DNA from: Octopus sinensis | Lineage: Eukaryota | NCBI RefSeq assembly: GCF_006345805.1 | Contig: NC_043006.1 | Coordinates: 5,890,001-5,954,000, forward strand | Direction: 5' to 3' | Length of the DNA: 64,000 nucleotides | Shown here: positions 25,286 to 37,577 of the stretch, one piece after another | How the letters are laid out: every line of letters begins with the position of its first letter | Position numbering within the stretch: position 1 is the stretch's first letter | The notes under the pieces: model-generated | Databases searched by the model: none | The model's input: only the letters and a program-made list of their open reading frames with translations | Told to the model about the DNA's origin: nothing | Translations under genes and position numbers: made by a program

Positions 25286-27538
25286 TAAAGAAAACAAGCG
25301 CGGATTGGCTAACAAAGGTGGAAAGACAACTTACAATTGTACCAAGCAAAAAGGACGCTAGAACTGATCTATATACAGTGAGACAGAAGTTTAGAAAAAT
25401 AGCAAATTGAAAAGGACTGGGCCCGGATGGAGTACAGGGCTGTTGGCTGACGAACTTTACACAGTTGCATGAAAGTACCGCTGAGCAACTGGATGACAGC
25501 CTGTAGCAAGGTTACGTCCCTGCCTGGATGACAATAGAGGCTGCTATGCCTCAAGGATCCCTTGAAAGGAACTTGGCATCGAATTTTCGACCTATAACCT
25601 GTTTACCACTAATGTGGAAGCTTATGATCTGTGTCTTGTCGGAAGAGTTATACAACCATCTGGAAAGTAACAATCTACTTCCGGAAGAACAGAATGGATG
25701 CAGGAAACAAAATAGGGCAACAAAATATCACTTATTGGTTGATAAACTGATAATTAGAAATTGTAGACGCAGATTGATGGGACTGAATGTAGAACAGCTA
25801 GATTTTTTAAAAGTATATGAAATGGTACCACACAGTCAGATATGCAAAACAATGAGCATGCTTGGAATAGCAAAAATCATGGAGAAAATGCTTAATGAAA
25901 TATGAAACATCGGAATACTGAATTGATAGGAGGAAAACAAAAAGCCGGAAAAGTGAACATCAGACGCGGAATATTCCAAGGTGATAACTTATCTCTATTA
26001 CTATTTGTATTGGCCATGACACCGCTCACTATGATACTATGAAAATTTAAAATTCCTTACGATTTGGTAAAAGGATGATATAAAATTTTATGCAAAAAAT
26101 GAGAAACAGCTTGAAAGTCTTGTACATAGTATCTGCTTTTCCTCAAATGAGGTAGGTATGGAAATTGGGATACAAAAGTGTGTTATACGGAAAATGAAAC
26201 GAGGATTTTTTTTAAAGAAGCCAGGGAACTGAAATGCCAAATGGGCAAACAATGAGAGCGGTTGAGAAAGGACAGTGGTATAAGTACTTGGGAATACTGG
26301 AAGCAGAGGAGATTAGAAAAATGAATAAATGAAATAAATTACCAATAGGGAGTACATAAGGAGAGTAAGAAAATTATTACAAAACTGACTTGAAAAAATC
26401 TTATTGAAACAATAAATTTAAGAGCAGTACCCTTAATCAGACATGGAGTTGGAATTATAGACTGTACCAGAAACGAAATAAAGAAACTTGACAGAAAAAC
26501 TAGGAAGGTGTTGACAATGTATGGAGCCCAGCATCAGAAAGCTGATATCAATCGGCTGTACTTGAGGAAAGGCTAGGGGAGAAGAGGCTTAATAGCAAGA
26601 GAAGAATGTGTACAGATGGAAAGAAAACGACCGGTAGAGTATTTACAGAGTAGCACAGAAAAACTATTAAAGACAGTTAATAACGAACAGTTTATGAAGC
26701 GTATAAGAAAACGAAAATTGAGAAGGAGCACATCAGAAGGGTGTGGAAGACTTGGGCAGTATCATTACTTAGATACTCAACAGCTTCTGTAGATTGGACA
26801 GAAACTAAATTAGCAAAGCTAGACAGGAGAATTAGGAAGAAATTCAATATGAATGGAGAATTCCACATAAGAGCAGGAGCAGCAAGATTATACTTCCGTA
26901 GAAAGGAAGGTAGAAGAGGGTTGATATCAGGAGAAGACTGCGTGGAGTTGGCTAGAGTAAATAAACTCCTACGTAGGTAATAGTGAAGGAAGTTTACTAA
27001 AAGCTACTAGAGTCACAACAAGACATAGGGAAAGCAAGAACCCAAACGAAGATAAAAACCAGAAGAAAGAACAGAAGTTATCTGACTGGCAGGAGAAGGC
27101 TGCGTGATAGATCCCAAAAGATAGTTGCAGCAAATAGCAGTAGTGAGGCATGGTTATGGTTGCAAAAAGGAAAGCTGAAAAGAAAGACAGAAAGTTTGTT
27201 AGTAGCTGCACAAGATCAAGTATTAAGGACTAGTTGGATAAAAGCCAAGATAGACAAAAATCAAGTAGATTCCCAATGTGGGTTATACAAATCAAAATAG
27301 GAAGGCGTTATTCATATAGTACCTGAATGTAACATGCTGGCACAGAAAGAATACAAGAAAAGACATGACAACCTAGGGGGAGTAATCCATTGGGGGCTAC
27401 GTAGAAGACTAGGATTTGAACATACTGATAAATGGTATGAACATGAACCGAGTAAAGTACTAGAAAGTAAGAAATACAAGATGTCATGAGACTTTAATAT
27501 TCAGACTAACAGAGTAATAGAAGCTAGAATGCCTGATT

Positions 27539-27619
<81 letters not shown>

Positions 27620-27957
27620 CGTCGATAAAGAGAATAGAAAGGGCCAGATAATTGACTCTACTGTTCCAAATGATGAAAAAAATCAATATGTGAGGTATAG
27701 AAAAAATAGCAAAGTACCAGGACCCGGCCATTGAATTACAGGGACTAAGGAAAGTGCGGGTAAAATGTATCCCAGTAGTTATATCTGAACAGATAGAAGA
27801 AATAGGCATAAAACCCTGTTTAGTACAGCTCCAGAAAACAGTGTTAGTAGGGACAGCTAGGGTACTTAGGAGGGTTCTTGGCATCTAAGGTTACTTGTTG
27901 TAGCCCGATGTTAAGATCTCTTCTTTTCCAACAGTCTAATCTGTTGTGTACATGAAA
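25286..27957 (+). mobile_element. R4/Dong-clade non-LTR retrotransposon, decayed and composite, with (AAT)n tail
   Basis: GPDGVQG.WL, SNFRPITCLPLMWKL, LPEEQNGCRK, RGIFQGD.LS.LLF, YKYLGILE, LDRK.RK..RLY..GRGL, HIVPECNMLAQKEYKKRHD, WYEHEP..V.E, WDF.IQT.RVIEAR.PD; 3' UTR then (AAT)n at 27958-27984. Confidence 0.92.
27538..27619. repeat. (CAG)n(TAG)n microsatellite inside the Dong endonuclease coding region
   Basis: Interrupts the PD-L-V-V-V-D codons. Confidence 0.92.
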
Positions 27958-29687
27958 ATAATAACAATAATAATAATAATAATAATCTGTATTTGTGTGT
28001 GCGCGAGCGCGTGTTTTAGCTGTATAAGATAATGTATAAGATTCAATAAAGTATGTTTCTACGTTTTCTATTCTTCGTAAAGATGCTAATTTTGAAATAA
28101 CGAAATGATTCTGAAGAATTAAGATTGACCATTAAAGTAGATTATTTTGGCCGATAATTCTCTACCGTGAGAGATAAGTAGAATCTGTCCTGGTGACATT
28201 TAGAAGAGGGAATTCTATGAATTAAAAATGAGAATCTTATTTCATAGACATACAAAAGAAAATTGTGAAGGTGTATATCTTCATGCCTGTCTTACAAAAT
28301 TCTGATAACTAAAACTTGCAATGTCTGTCTTTATTCTAAGCTGGCTTAATTGTCACAAGTCTTTCCATGATATTCAAAAGGTGGCAAATTTATTATTCAA
28401 TATTTGTAGAAAATTCGCTCTGTCCATTTTAAAGATCACTTGTTTCTTCTCGCCTCCCACAACTTTCTTGTTTGTTTGTCACCTTGTGTAATAAAGATTT
28501 CATTATTTTGCAAACATGTGTAACTTAGGCAAACAGATATGATTTAATCTTGTGTGTTCTTGAGCACAACAAGCTGGTTCTAGTGGTGGGGGACAAGGTA
28601 AACCTAGGAAACCACATGTTCTATAATTGATATTGCGTGCTCCGCTGGGCCACGAATAGTTAAGAAAGAAGGCGAAAAAATAGACTTATATAATCCTCTT
28701 AAATACGAAATAGCTTGACTGTGGTAAATGAAAAAGGTGAAGATAGTGCCAGTGATTTTACCATTTCGATTTCACATATAAAGTTGATATTCATAGTTGT
28801 AGATCTTATCTTTTTTTCCTCGATGGAACATTAAGGGTAAATTGATTGCCTTAAGTTTGGTCTTGTACACAAACCTCTTTCTTGATGAAATAAATTTTTA
28901 CAATTTTTGCAGGAATTTGATCTTTCATGAACTGTGGTCCCCAAAGGATGTTTCCACATGTTATTACAAAGTTTTCGGTGGTGGTCAAACTGATCCTCGA
29001 CGCCTGGCTAATATTAATATTTATGATATTCTTTGATAGGACAAACAATCCATTCTCACTCGGCATCTTTGTCATTTTTCTGTTTATGATTTATACTTTG
29101 GTTAAAACATATTTTATGATTTTTAATGTTTTCCATAATTTGCACAGAAATATCATTATCTTTGTGCGTTCGTCTACTATCACAACTAATTTCACTTCTT
29201 TAGCAACAGCTTCATCGAAGAATGAGACTTCACGACATTCCTCGGGCGTGGGGATACATACAGCATAATTTTATTGAAATTGAAACAATCAGGAGTCAAA
29301 ATGCTCGTGAACTCAATTTTGCAGAAACGTACTTCGTATCTGTGTTGCTTTTACCATTCTTAGTCTCTAGCATCTGCAACAATATAGCATGGTGACTTGA
29401 ATCTCAAAATAATGCCTTTTCGTATTTAATTTTGTGTTGCTATCTTTTGAATTCTAATACTGCTGTGGTCAATTTGGTCTTTTATTTCTTCCGTGTCGAT
29501 TAAATACCAATCACCAGTCATACTAAGTCGACCGTCTCTACCGAACCCGTTGTATTTTACTATTTTGCCCTTGTGAGAAATTTTTATCAATGGCAGATCG
29601 GTAGAAGCGGTGGAATGTTGCAATCAAAGCCTAAAAGTATTTTCTTCATAGATGCATTTAGCAGAGCCCGTGCTGTTGTAAGTATTC

Positions 29688-29741
29688 TAGCTACGTTTCT
29701 GGACTGATGGTAGCTCCCTCTCATCAGTCTCATAAGCCCTA
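29688..29741 (-). ncRNA. Degenerate hammerhead-ribozyme-like motif (Penelope-type)
   Basis: Minus strand TAGGG-CTTATGA-GACTGATG-(12 nt)-CATCAGTC-CA-GAAA-CG-TA-GCTA; G5 substituted and stem I imperfect. Confidence 0.35.
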
Positions 29742-29779
29742 AAAGAGCTCACAGAAGCTCTTCTTCCTCAGCTTACTAA

Positions 29780-29780
<1 letters not shown>

Positions 29781-29814
<34 letters not shown>

Positions 29815-30290
29815 AATTATTGTATACAGTGCTCAGGTGCACCACAACTTGTCAAAAGTGTCTATAAAGCATATGCAGTAATGTACAAATGTCTGGGAAG
29901 TGAACAGTGTATGAGTCAGATACATGCTTGCGTGTGTATGGAGAGGAGAAAATCAGGTGTAGTGTTGGCGAATCTCAGGAAGCATGGAAGTTTTGAAGGG
30001 TGTAGTGCTCCGACAACTAACAGCTGATGCCGGTATTTTGTTCCATGCTTCAGCAACTCTTAGCATGAAAAAATGTTTTCGAAAGTCATGGGAGCTGTGC
30101 TGTTTTCTGACTTTGTAAAACATGTCCACGGGTGTTAGACGGGTGCAGTTTGAAAAGGTGCTCTGAGTTATTGTTTGTAAGATGGTTAATAATTTTATGG
30201 GTGTCTGCCAAGTCAGCTGCCCTAAAGTTATTAACCATAAAGACTTATTTAGAAGCTGTTAGCTTAAATTCCATCAGCTGAGATTCTGGG
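29781..30290 (-). mobile_element. CR1-clade LINE 3' fragment with (ATT)n tail
   Basis: Minus strand HKIINH...LFKLHPSNTRGH.YKVRKQH...FRKHFF.LRVAEAWNKIPAS...FKTSM*, then 3' UTR and (TTA)n. Confidence 0.82.
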
Positions 30291-30599
30291 GGACTTTGAC
30301 TCCCCTGAAATGAATAAATTGAGTATTATACATGCAAGGGGTTGATGCCTTTCCTTTCATCTCCTTCCCTACAAAACTGTAAACCTTGCGCTAATTTCCC
30401 AAATTACGCTTAGTTTTCTTGTCACATGACTCAATCGAACGTTTCTTCGTGAAGTATTTACAAAGAAGTAAAAATAAAACAGAGAAACTAAAAAGATGTT
30501 GCCTTACTTTGCAGCATATTTTGGTTCAATATGATTATTGATCTCCTTTATTGCTGGTGTACACACACACACCGTGTGAACTGCATCACACAGAAAGCA

Positions 30600-30729
30600 C
30601 AAACACGCAGGCGCACACATACACACACACACACACACATATACACACGCTTACATACACACATACACACACACTCACGCACGCACGCACACACATACAC
30701 ATACACACATACATATATATATATGTATG

Positions 30730-30772
<43 letters not shown>

Positions 30773-30990
30773 ATATATATATATATATATATTATAGAGA
30801 GAGAGAGAGAAAGAGAGAGAGAAGAGAGAAGATGAGGAGAGAGAAGAGAGAGAGAGGAGAGAAGAAGAGAGAGAGAAGAAGGAGAGAGGAGTAGAGAGAG
30901 AAAGAGAGAAGAAGAGAGAGAAGAAGAGAGAGAGAAGAAGAGAGAGAGAAGAAGAGAGAGAGAAGAAGAGAGAGAGAAGAAGAGAGAGAG
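30600..30990. repeat. Compound (CA)/(TA)/(GA) microsatellite and GAGAAGAAGAGAGA-type minisatellite
   Basis: Direct reading. Confidence 0.9.
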
Positions 30991-31156
30991 ATCAAACTAC
31001 ATAAAAACACACATGCATACATATAAATATATTTATTACTTTCAACATATTACATGCAGCAGTTCTCACTCTCTTCCTTTCTCTCTATTTCTCTCTCTAT
31101 CTCTCTCCTTCCTTCGTCCTCTCTCTTTCTCTCTCTCTCCACTCACACACACGTAC

Positions 31157-31235
<79 letters not shown>

Positions 31236-31765
31236 GAAAGAAAGAGAGAGAGAGTGAGAGAGAGAAAGAAAGAAAGAAGGAAAGAAGGCGACGTCGAATA
31301 TTTTCAGAAGTGCAGCTTACATTCTGTTTCCCCCTTCTTCCCTGTAGCAAGTGAAGAAGTAAATGTATTGACCCCTCGAGGAACTTACAAATCGATAACA
31401 CATTCTAATCACGTTACACGACATCGACCTACATAGACAAAGATACACAAACACACACATTCATACACACACGTACACATACATACGCACACGCACTCAT
31501 ATATACCTGTGTGTGCGCGCGTGTATCACCGACGGAGGAAACGACTCAAATAGAGACGGCTCCCTTAAAATGACGCCCAGTATTTTGAAATATCAAGATC
31601 CTAAAACCTTAATGGTAAAACGTGGCCGTTCTTCTTCAACGAGACAAGAAATACTCAGTCTGCAACCGGACTTGTGGCCTAGACAGATCATGATGGTCTG
31701 TGAAAATTAGATCTACTGAAGTATCATCCGGGAAATGAAGGTGATGGCGTACGTGTGTGTGTGTG

Positions 31766-31799
<34 letters not shown>

Positions 31800-31859
31800 A
31801 AGAGACAGAGTGTGAGAGTGATGTAAATAAACACGTTTGGGCTTGATATATAAAATATA

Positions 31860-32144
31860 CACACAAACATACATACATACATACATACATACATACATAC
31901 ATACATACATACATACATGCATGCATACATACATGCATACATACATACATGCATACATACATACATACATAAATACATACATACATACATACTTACATGC
32001 ATACATACATAAATACATACATGCATACATACATACATAAATACATACATACTTACATGCATACATACATAAATACACACATACATACATACATACATAC
32101 ATACATACATACATACATACATACATACATACATACATGCATAC

Positions 32145-32183
<39 letters not shown>

Positions 32184-32222
32184 CATACATACACACACAC
32201 ATACATACATACATACATACGT
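31860..32222. repeat. (CATA)n microsatellite with variant units
   Basis: Direct reading; source of the YVCM/HTYI pseudo-ORFs. Confidence 0.95.
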
Positions 32223-33193
32223 ATAAATGCATATATAGGGATGTATATATATAGAGAAACAATAACGGAAAATAAGATGAAGACTCATGTATAGGCATAT
32301 AGGTATTCTTATATTTACAGAACAAATTTACAAGATGTACAAAAAATACAGAAAACTAAGGGGTGAGGGCATGGTATTTCTGGCCCCGACACCTCTTTCT
32401 GTGGACTCGGAATTAGTTGTGATGTTGGCAGATGAAGTGTGCAACCAGGGGATCGAGATAAATAGAAGTAGAAGTGATGAGTTTAGAGACAAGTGGGGAG
32501 GAATGAGGTGGGTGGTATTGTGACGGATAGTGCTATTGTTGGGTGTGCTGACAAGAGATATTATTAATTAGGCGTGGTGGAGGCTATAGAATTAGTAAAG
32601 AAGCGATGAATGAAGTAGGGAGTGGGGTTGAGATAGCGAGCCCAGAAGGGGCCACTGAGAAATGGAAGTAGGTACGATGAGAGAAGAGAGAGGTGGGTAT
32701 TGAGATGAAGGGAAGGGATCTAGTTATAGATGCCGCCAGGGAAGCGAGATTGGAAATTCGAAGAATGAAGGTTGGTTAGCGGCAGAGGAAGATTACTAAA
32801 GTAGGGAGAAAGGTGTCTCCATATCAGCTCACCTGGATTCCTCTTATAGCCAATCTTTACCCCGCACATTTTGTCTTCGATAAAGACTTCGGAGTATAAG
32901 TTCCAGTCAACTGAGCACTACCACGTGTTTTCTGTATTGAGTAGCTCTAAATATCACCTATTACTTTTTGTGTATATATTTTCCAAATACAACCAACTAC
33001 TCCAAATCTTTGCTAGAGTATCCACATACATGGAGTCAGAAGAGGATATTTTGCGCTTGCATCAACTCATATAACTTGTAATAATGAAGTTAAACCAAAT
33101 AATATAAACAAATAAGTTTATTTGTGTAAGTTATAAATATCTGGTTGATAAATTATAAGTTTGGTGTGATGGGAGTGAAATTTATTACGTGTC

Positions 33194-33528
33194 CGCTGCG
33201 TGGCACCTTGGGCAAGTGTCCTCTACCATAGCCTCGGACCGACCAAAGCCTTGTGAGTGGATTTGGTAGACGGAAACTGAAAGAAGCCCGTCGTATATAT
33301 ATATATATGTATATATATATGCGTGTGTGTGTGTTTGTCTCACCAGCATCGCTTGACAACCGATGGTGGTGTGTTTACGTCCCCGTCACTTAGCAGTTCG
33401 GCAAGAGAATCGATAGAATAAGTACTAGGCTTACAAAGAATAAGTCCTAGGGTCGATAAGCTCGGCTAAAGGCCGTGCTCCAGCAAGGCCGCAGTCAAAT
33501 GACTGAAACAAATAAAAGAATAAAAGAA
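33194..33528 (+). mobile_element. SINE family A, 5'-truncated
   Basis: Consensus match; tail AATAAAAGAATAAAAGA. Confidence 0.92.
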
Positions 33529-34246
33529 TTTAGTAGATCTATGACGCTCTACTCGTTCATGTCTCCTTTTCATTTAAGTTTAAGGTAACTGAGGAGGGAC
33601 CAAGTGAATAGTAGTATTAACAGTGTTGGGTCGAAACGGCTTGGAGAATAAGTCGAGTTTTAATGGTTTCGAGAAAATGTGTCTCCTTAAAGTCCGAATA
33701 TGTTAATATCGGTTTCTGATGATTTGTCAATGTGCTTTAATAACCTTCTGTTTCCTCGATTGGGACGCTACCGACTTCCCCAAGAAGAATTGTTATTTCC
33801 CATTCCAGGGCGAAATTTAAATAAACCACTCGAATCGAAATTCTTGGTGCCAATGTGTTAAAATCAAAATTCTTGGCACCAATGTGCCTAGCTCCGTTGA
33901 TAACAATATTTTGAATTTCTATACCAAAGGCTGTGTTCATCGGGTTCATCGGTGGATAAAGTCTTTCACAGCTTTCTCAAGATGTGTATCGTTTGCAATT
34001 CATATATGCTTCTTTACGCCAACAGGTAGTGCGATACAAATGCACTATGTTTCAAAATTTGAGTTTGTCTTTAGCCTTGCATGAGTCCGAAATTTTATAA
34101 AGTCCTTTGGCGATGTATGAAAGGCATGAAAAGTCATTTACGCACAGGCAAAGATGAAAGAAAATCAGAACAATGGGACTGAATGCGAGACGGCTATCGT
34201 CTGATTAAGATGAGGCAATTATCAACATGTGTATGTATATGCTTCT

Positions 34247-34309
<63 letters not shown>

Positions 34310-34866
34310 GCGCGTGTGTGTGTGTGTGTGTGTGTCTGCATGTGTAGCCAGACTTGGAACGTTGAACATGAAATAACGGGTACTGATTTCACCCATTTAC
34401 ATAACAGAAGCGCATTAATTAACTACAGTGTTGAAACAGCGTTTGTGTGCAAGTAAATTGTCAGTTTATATACGTCTATTACACATAAGCATTTTTCATC
34501 AGTAGTTGTAAACTATTCTCGTTCTCTCTCACTCGCCCTCTCTCTTCTCTCTCTCCTCTCTCTCTCTCTCTCTCTTTCTCTATCTATCAGTCTGTCTGTC
34601 TGTCTGTCTATCTGTCTAACTATCAATCAATCAACCTATCTCTCTAGTTATCTATCTGTCTATTTATCAATCTATCTATCTGTCTATCTAACTATCAATC
34701 AATTTATCTACCTACCTATTTATCTATCTATCAATCTATCTATCACACTTTATATACATCTCGCTCTCTATCTACTTCTCTTTCTTCCTCATTATCTCTT
34801 CTCTCTCTCTCTCTCTCTTTCGCTCTTTCTCTCCCTCTCTGTAAATAGCGCTCGACAGTTTCATTG

Positions 34867-35130
34867 TACAAGGGTGGGCTGAAAGGTTTATAAGTTAACT
34901 ATGGAAGGATGCTAGAGCAGTGAAATTCTGCATGCATTAATTTCATCTCCTCTTGCAGCACGCATTAATTTCAACCCTTCTTATTAATAACTGCACAGTT
35001 TCTCTCCAGGTAAACTGACATCTGACTGTTTAAAGAAAACTTCAAAAGTCTCTTGAAAAATAAATCTCATATGGTCACAGCCCACGGGAGTACTTTGATC
35101 GGTTTATAAAGTATCCAGCCGTCCCTCGAA
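34867..35130 (+). mobile_element. Probable mariner-derived MITE
   Basis: Left end TACAAGGGTGGGCTGAAAGGTT and right end AAGTATCCAGCCGTCCCTCGAA form degenerate TAC(G/A)AGGG-type TIRs (about 14/22 match); interior homologous to 60565-60715. Confidence 0.5.
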
Positions 35131-35327
35131 GAGTAAATATATATTTATAACATATAAACAATAAATTAAATAAAGAGATACGATCCAATAATTTATTTAT
35201 ATTATGATATAACATAATACACTATGAATGTAATATAATATAATATAATATAAGATAGCATAAACAATTATAGAAAAATTTCTCTGAAGGAATTCTTTTC
35301 CTTTGTTACTTGATAAATATATATATA

Positions 35328-35360
35328 CTAGCTTAAGTGACCCGCTCTACGTGCGGGTAA
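35328..35360 (-). mobile_element. Helitron 3' terminus (hairpin plus CTAG|T); 5' extent unresolved
   Basis: Minus strand ACCCGC-acgtaga-GCGGGT, 8 nt, CTAG, then T: the same geometry as the two complete Helitrons here. Confidence 0.65.
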
Positions 35361-35702
35361 GAGTGTGGTTACTTTCTGTTGCTTCCTTTCTGTTTTTTGT
35401 CACCACATTCTCCCTCTTTGTTTCTCTCTCCTTTCTCTCTCACTATCCCACTCTCTTACTCTTCATTTCTCTCGGACTCTCCCTCGCTTTCTCTTACTCT
35501 CTATCTTTCTCTATCTATCTATCTCCCATTTATAAACAACAAAAGATCTTGAGTAAGTTGAGAAAGTAAAATATTTTTGAAGATCAATCATAAATATCAG
35601 GCAGTGACAACGGAAAGGTCTGCTTCAAGGCAGACAGCAAAACACTAACATTTAAAAGGGACAGACGAACTTGCGAGCTGAATAAAGATAAAAAAATATT
35701 GG

Positions 35703-35990
35703 AAACCAAAGTTTGAAGGGATAGAATCTGAGGATAGTAGAGTCACCATGGCTGGCATTTCTTGATGACGGGCAGCAACGTAGTGGTAGTTTAACGGCTG
35801 GCGTAAAATTTTGAACTTGATTGTAAAAGAAAATTCGTAAACACCAAGTTTTGAAGTGATTCTTTCTCACGACAGTAGACTCACCATGGCAAGCATTGAA
35901 AACTTCTTCATCATGGACGGCAACACACTGACGATTAAAAGGCTGGCGCAAATTTTTTAGCTTGATGTAACAGAGAATTCCTAAACACCC
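35703..35990 (+). repeat. Diverged tandem repeat, two ~138-bp units
   Basis: GTAGA(G/C)TCACCATGG at a 138-bp offset; shared GGCTGGCG.AAATTTT..CTTGAT and TAAACACC. Confidence 0.7.
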
Positions 35991-36369
35991 GCTCCTGTAA
36001 ATTTTAATCCCCTTCAAGCCTCATTTAGACCTCTTTTCACATTTTGGTTAATATAGTCCGATTTCATTCGGGTCTACTCGGGCCACATTTTATAAGATGA
36101 GGAATTTTGTCTTAGGAGTCACGCCTTTCATTTGAGGAAAAAAAAGTTGCCATGCAAACTCGCCAGATATATACACTTTGTATATATACATTATATATAC
36201 ATATTTATATATAGAACACACACACACACATAAATTAACCCAATAAATATCTGATTCATAATATTTGTTCTCAAAACGTAAAATACTTTTTCTATTCCTG
36301 AGCGTTATACTAATACATCTGTTTGGTTTGTACACCACCTGTCTTCGACTTTTGTTTTTTTTAATTAAA

Positions 36370-36391
36370 TACTCACTATATATACATATAC

Positions 36392-36460
<69 letters not shown>

Positions 36461-36817
36461 TATATATATACTAAATTAGTCAGTGAGGATTAGAATATAC
36501 AACAAACGAAATATATATATAATTTTTGATATATATATATATATATGTTAAAAAAATTTCTTTTGCTCTCGCTCCGGGTATTTTTAAAGTTTCGATGCCT
36601 TAAGACAGAATCGTTAGCCTCAATGACATCAAAACTATGGAATAAAAGATAAGAGATTGGTCTAGCGGTGTGAAAACACAAGGGCACATAGACAGAAGGA
36701 AAATATAGCTAGCGTTTATGGGTACATACATACATACATACATACATACACACATATATATATATATATACATATGACATATATATATATATATAATATA
36801 TATATGTATATATATAT

Positions 36818-36895
<78 letters not shown>
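36370..36895. repeat. (TA)n-rich microsatellite cluster with unique interludes
   Basis: Direct reading. Confidence 0.9.
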
Positions 36896-36896
<1 letters not shown>

Positions 36897-37145
36897 CAAA
36901 ATGGGACAGAACGCGAAACATCCAGATAGTTAGGTGATACAAAAAAGGGGACAACAAAACACCCAGATAGACGATACAAAGAAAACAAGGACGGGTCATT
37001 CGGAGTTTTCTTTCCTCAGTCGAGTTCCAGATTTTCTTTGCAATTTCGCCTCGAGATTGGTCCAATCTGGCCAGCCCCAAGGTAAAACTTAGCTAAGAGC
37101 ATTAGATTCCTTGGAAGAAAGCAGCGAATGTATACGAAAACAAGA
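36896..37145. mobile_element. Interspersed repeat of unresolved class (possibly Penelope-terminal derived)
   Basis: Internal short direct repeat AACA(T/C)CCAGATAG..GATACAAA; resembles a repeat recalled from Octopus DNA, not verifiable here. Confidence 0.3.
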
Positions 37146-37187
37146 ACTTTAAAAAAACAGAGAATGTTACACACACACAGACACACA

Positions 37188-37235
<48 letters not shown>

Positions 37236-37489
37236 TATATATTTACTCTTTTCCTTCTCCGAGCGTCAAATTAATACTTTGCTTGTCTCATGTCTGTTTT
37301 GTTTTTTGGCTTTTCTTTTTTCCTTGAGTTTTGCTCGCGCGCACACAAATACGTATATGTGTGGATTTAGTTTTAATAAGCATACTTTCCGTGAAGCCGT
37401 GACTCAACCACAGGATCTCCTCTCCTGAAGGAACTTGAGAAGCGCTTGACAAACTTAAACAGATTACCGTATTATTAAGAGTCTCCATA

Positions 37490-37577
37490 GGCGCAGGAGT
37501 GACTGTGTGGTAAGTAGCTTGCTTACGAACCACATGGTTCCGGGTTCGGTGCCACGCAGTGGGACTGAACCCGGAAC
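37490..37577 (+). mobile_element. SINE family A head with fold-back inversion
   Basis: Forward head to GTTCCGGGTTC (37547), then the reverse complement of the next consensus segment. Confidence 0.85.

Noticed and set aside
28927-29268. 113-aa hydrophobic ORF resembling a membrane protein
   Set aside because: No recognisable family or splice context; hydrophobic bias is expected from T-rich DNA.
36989-37024. Minus-strand CTGAGGA...CCGAA motif as a further hammerhead
   Set aside because: Stem II is poor, A15.1 is missing and stems I and III do not close.
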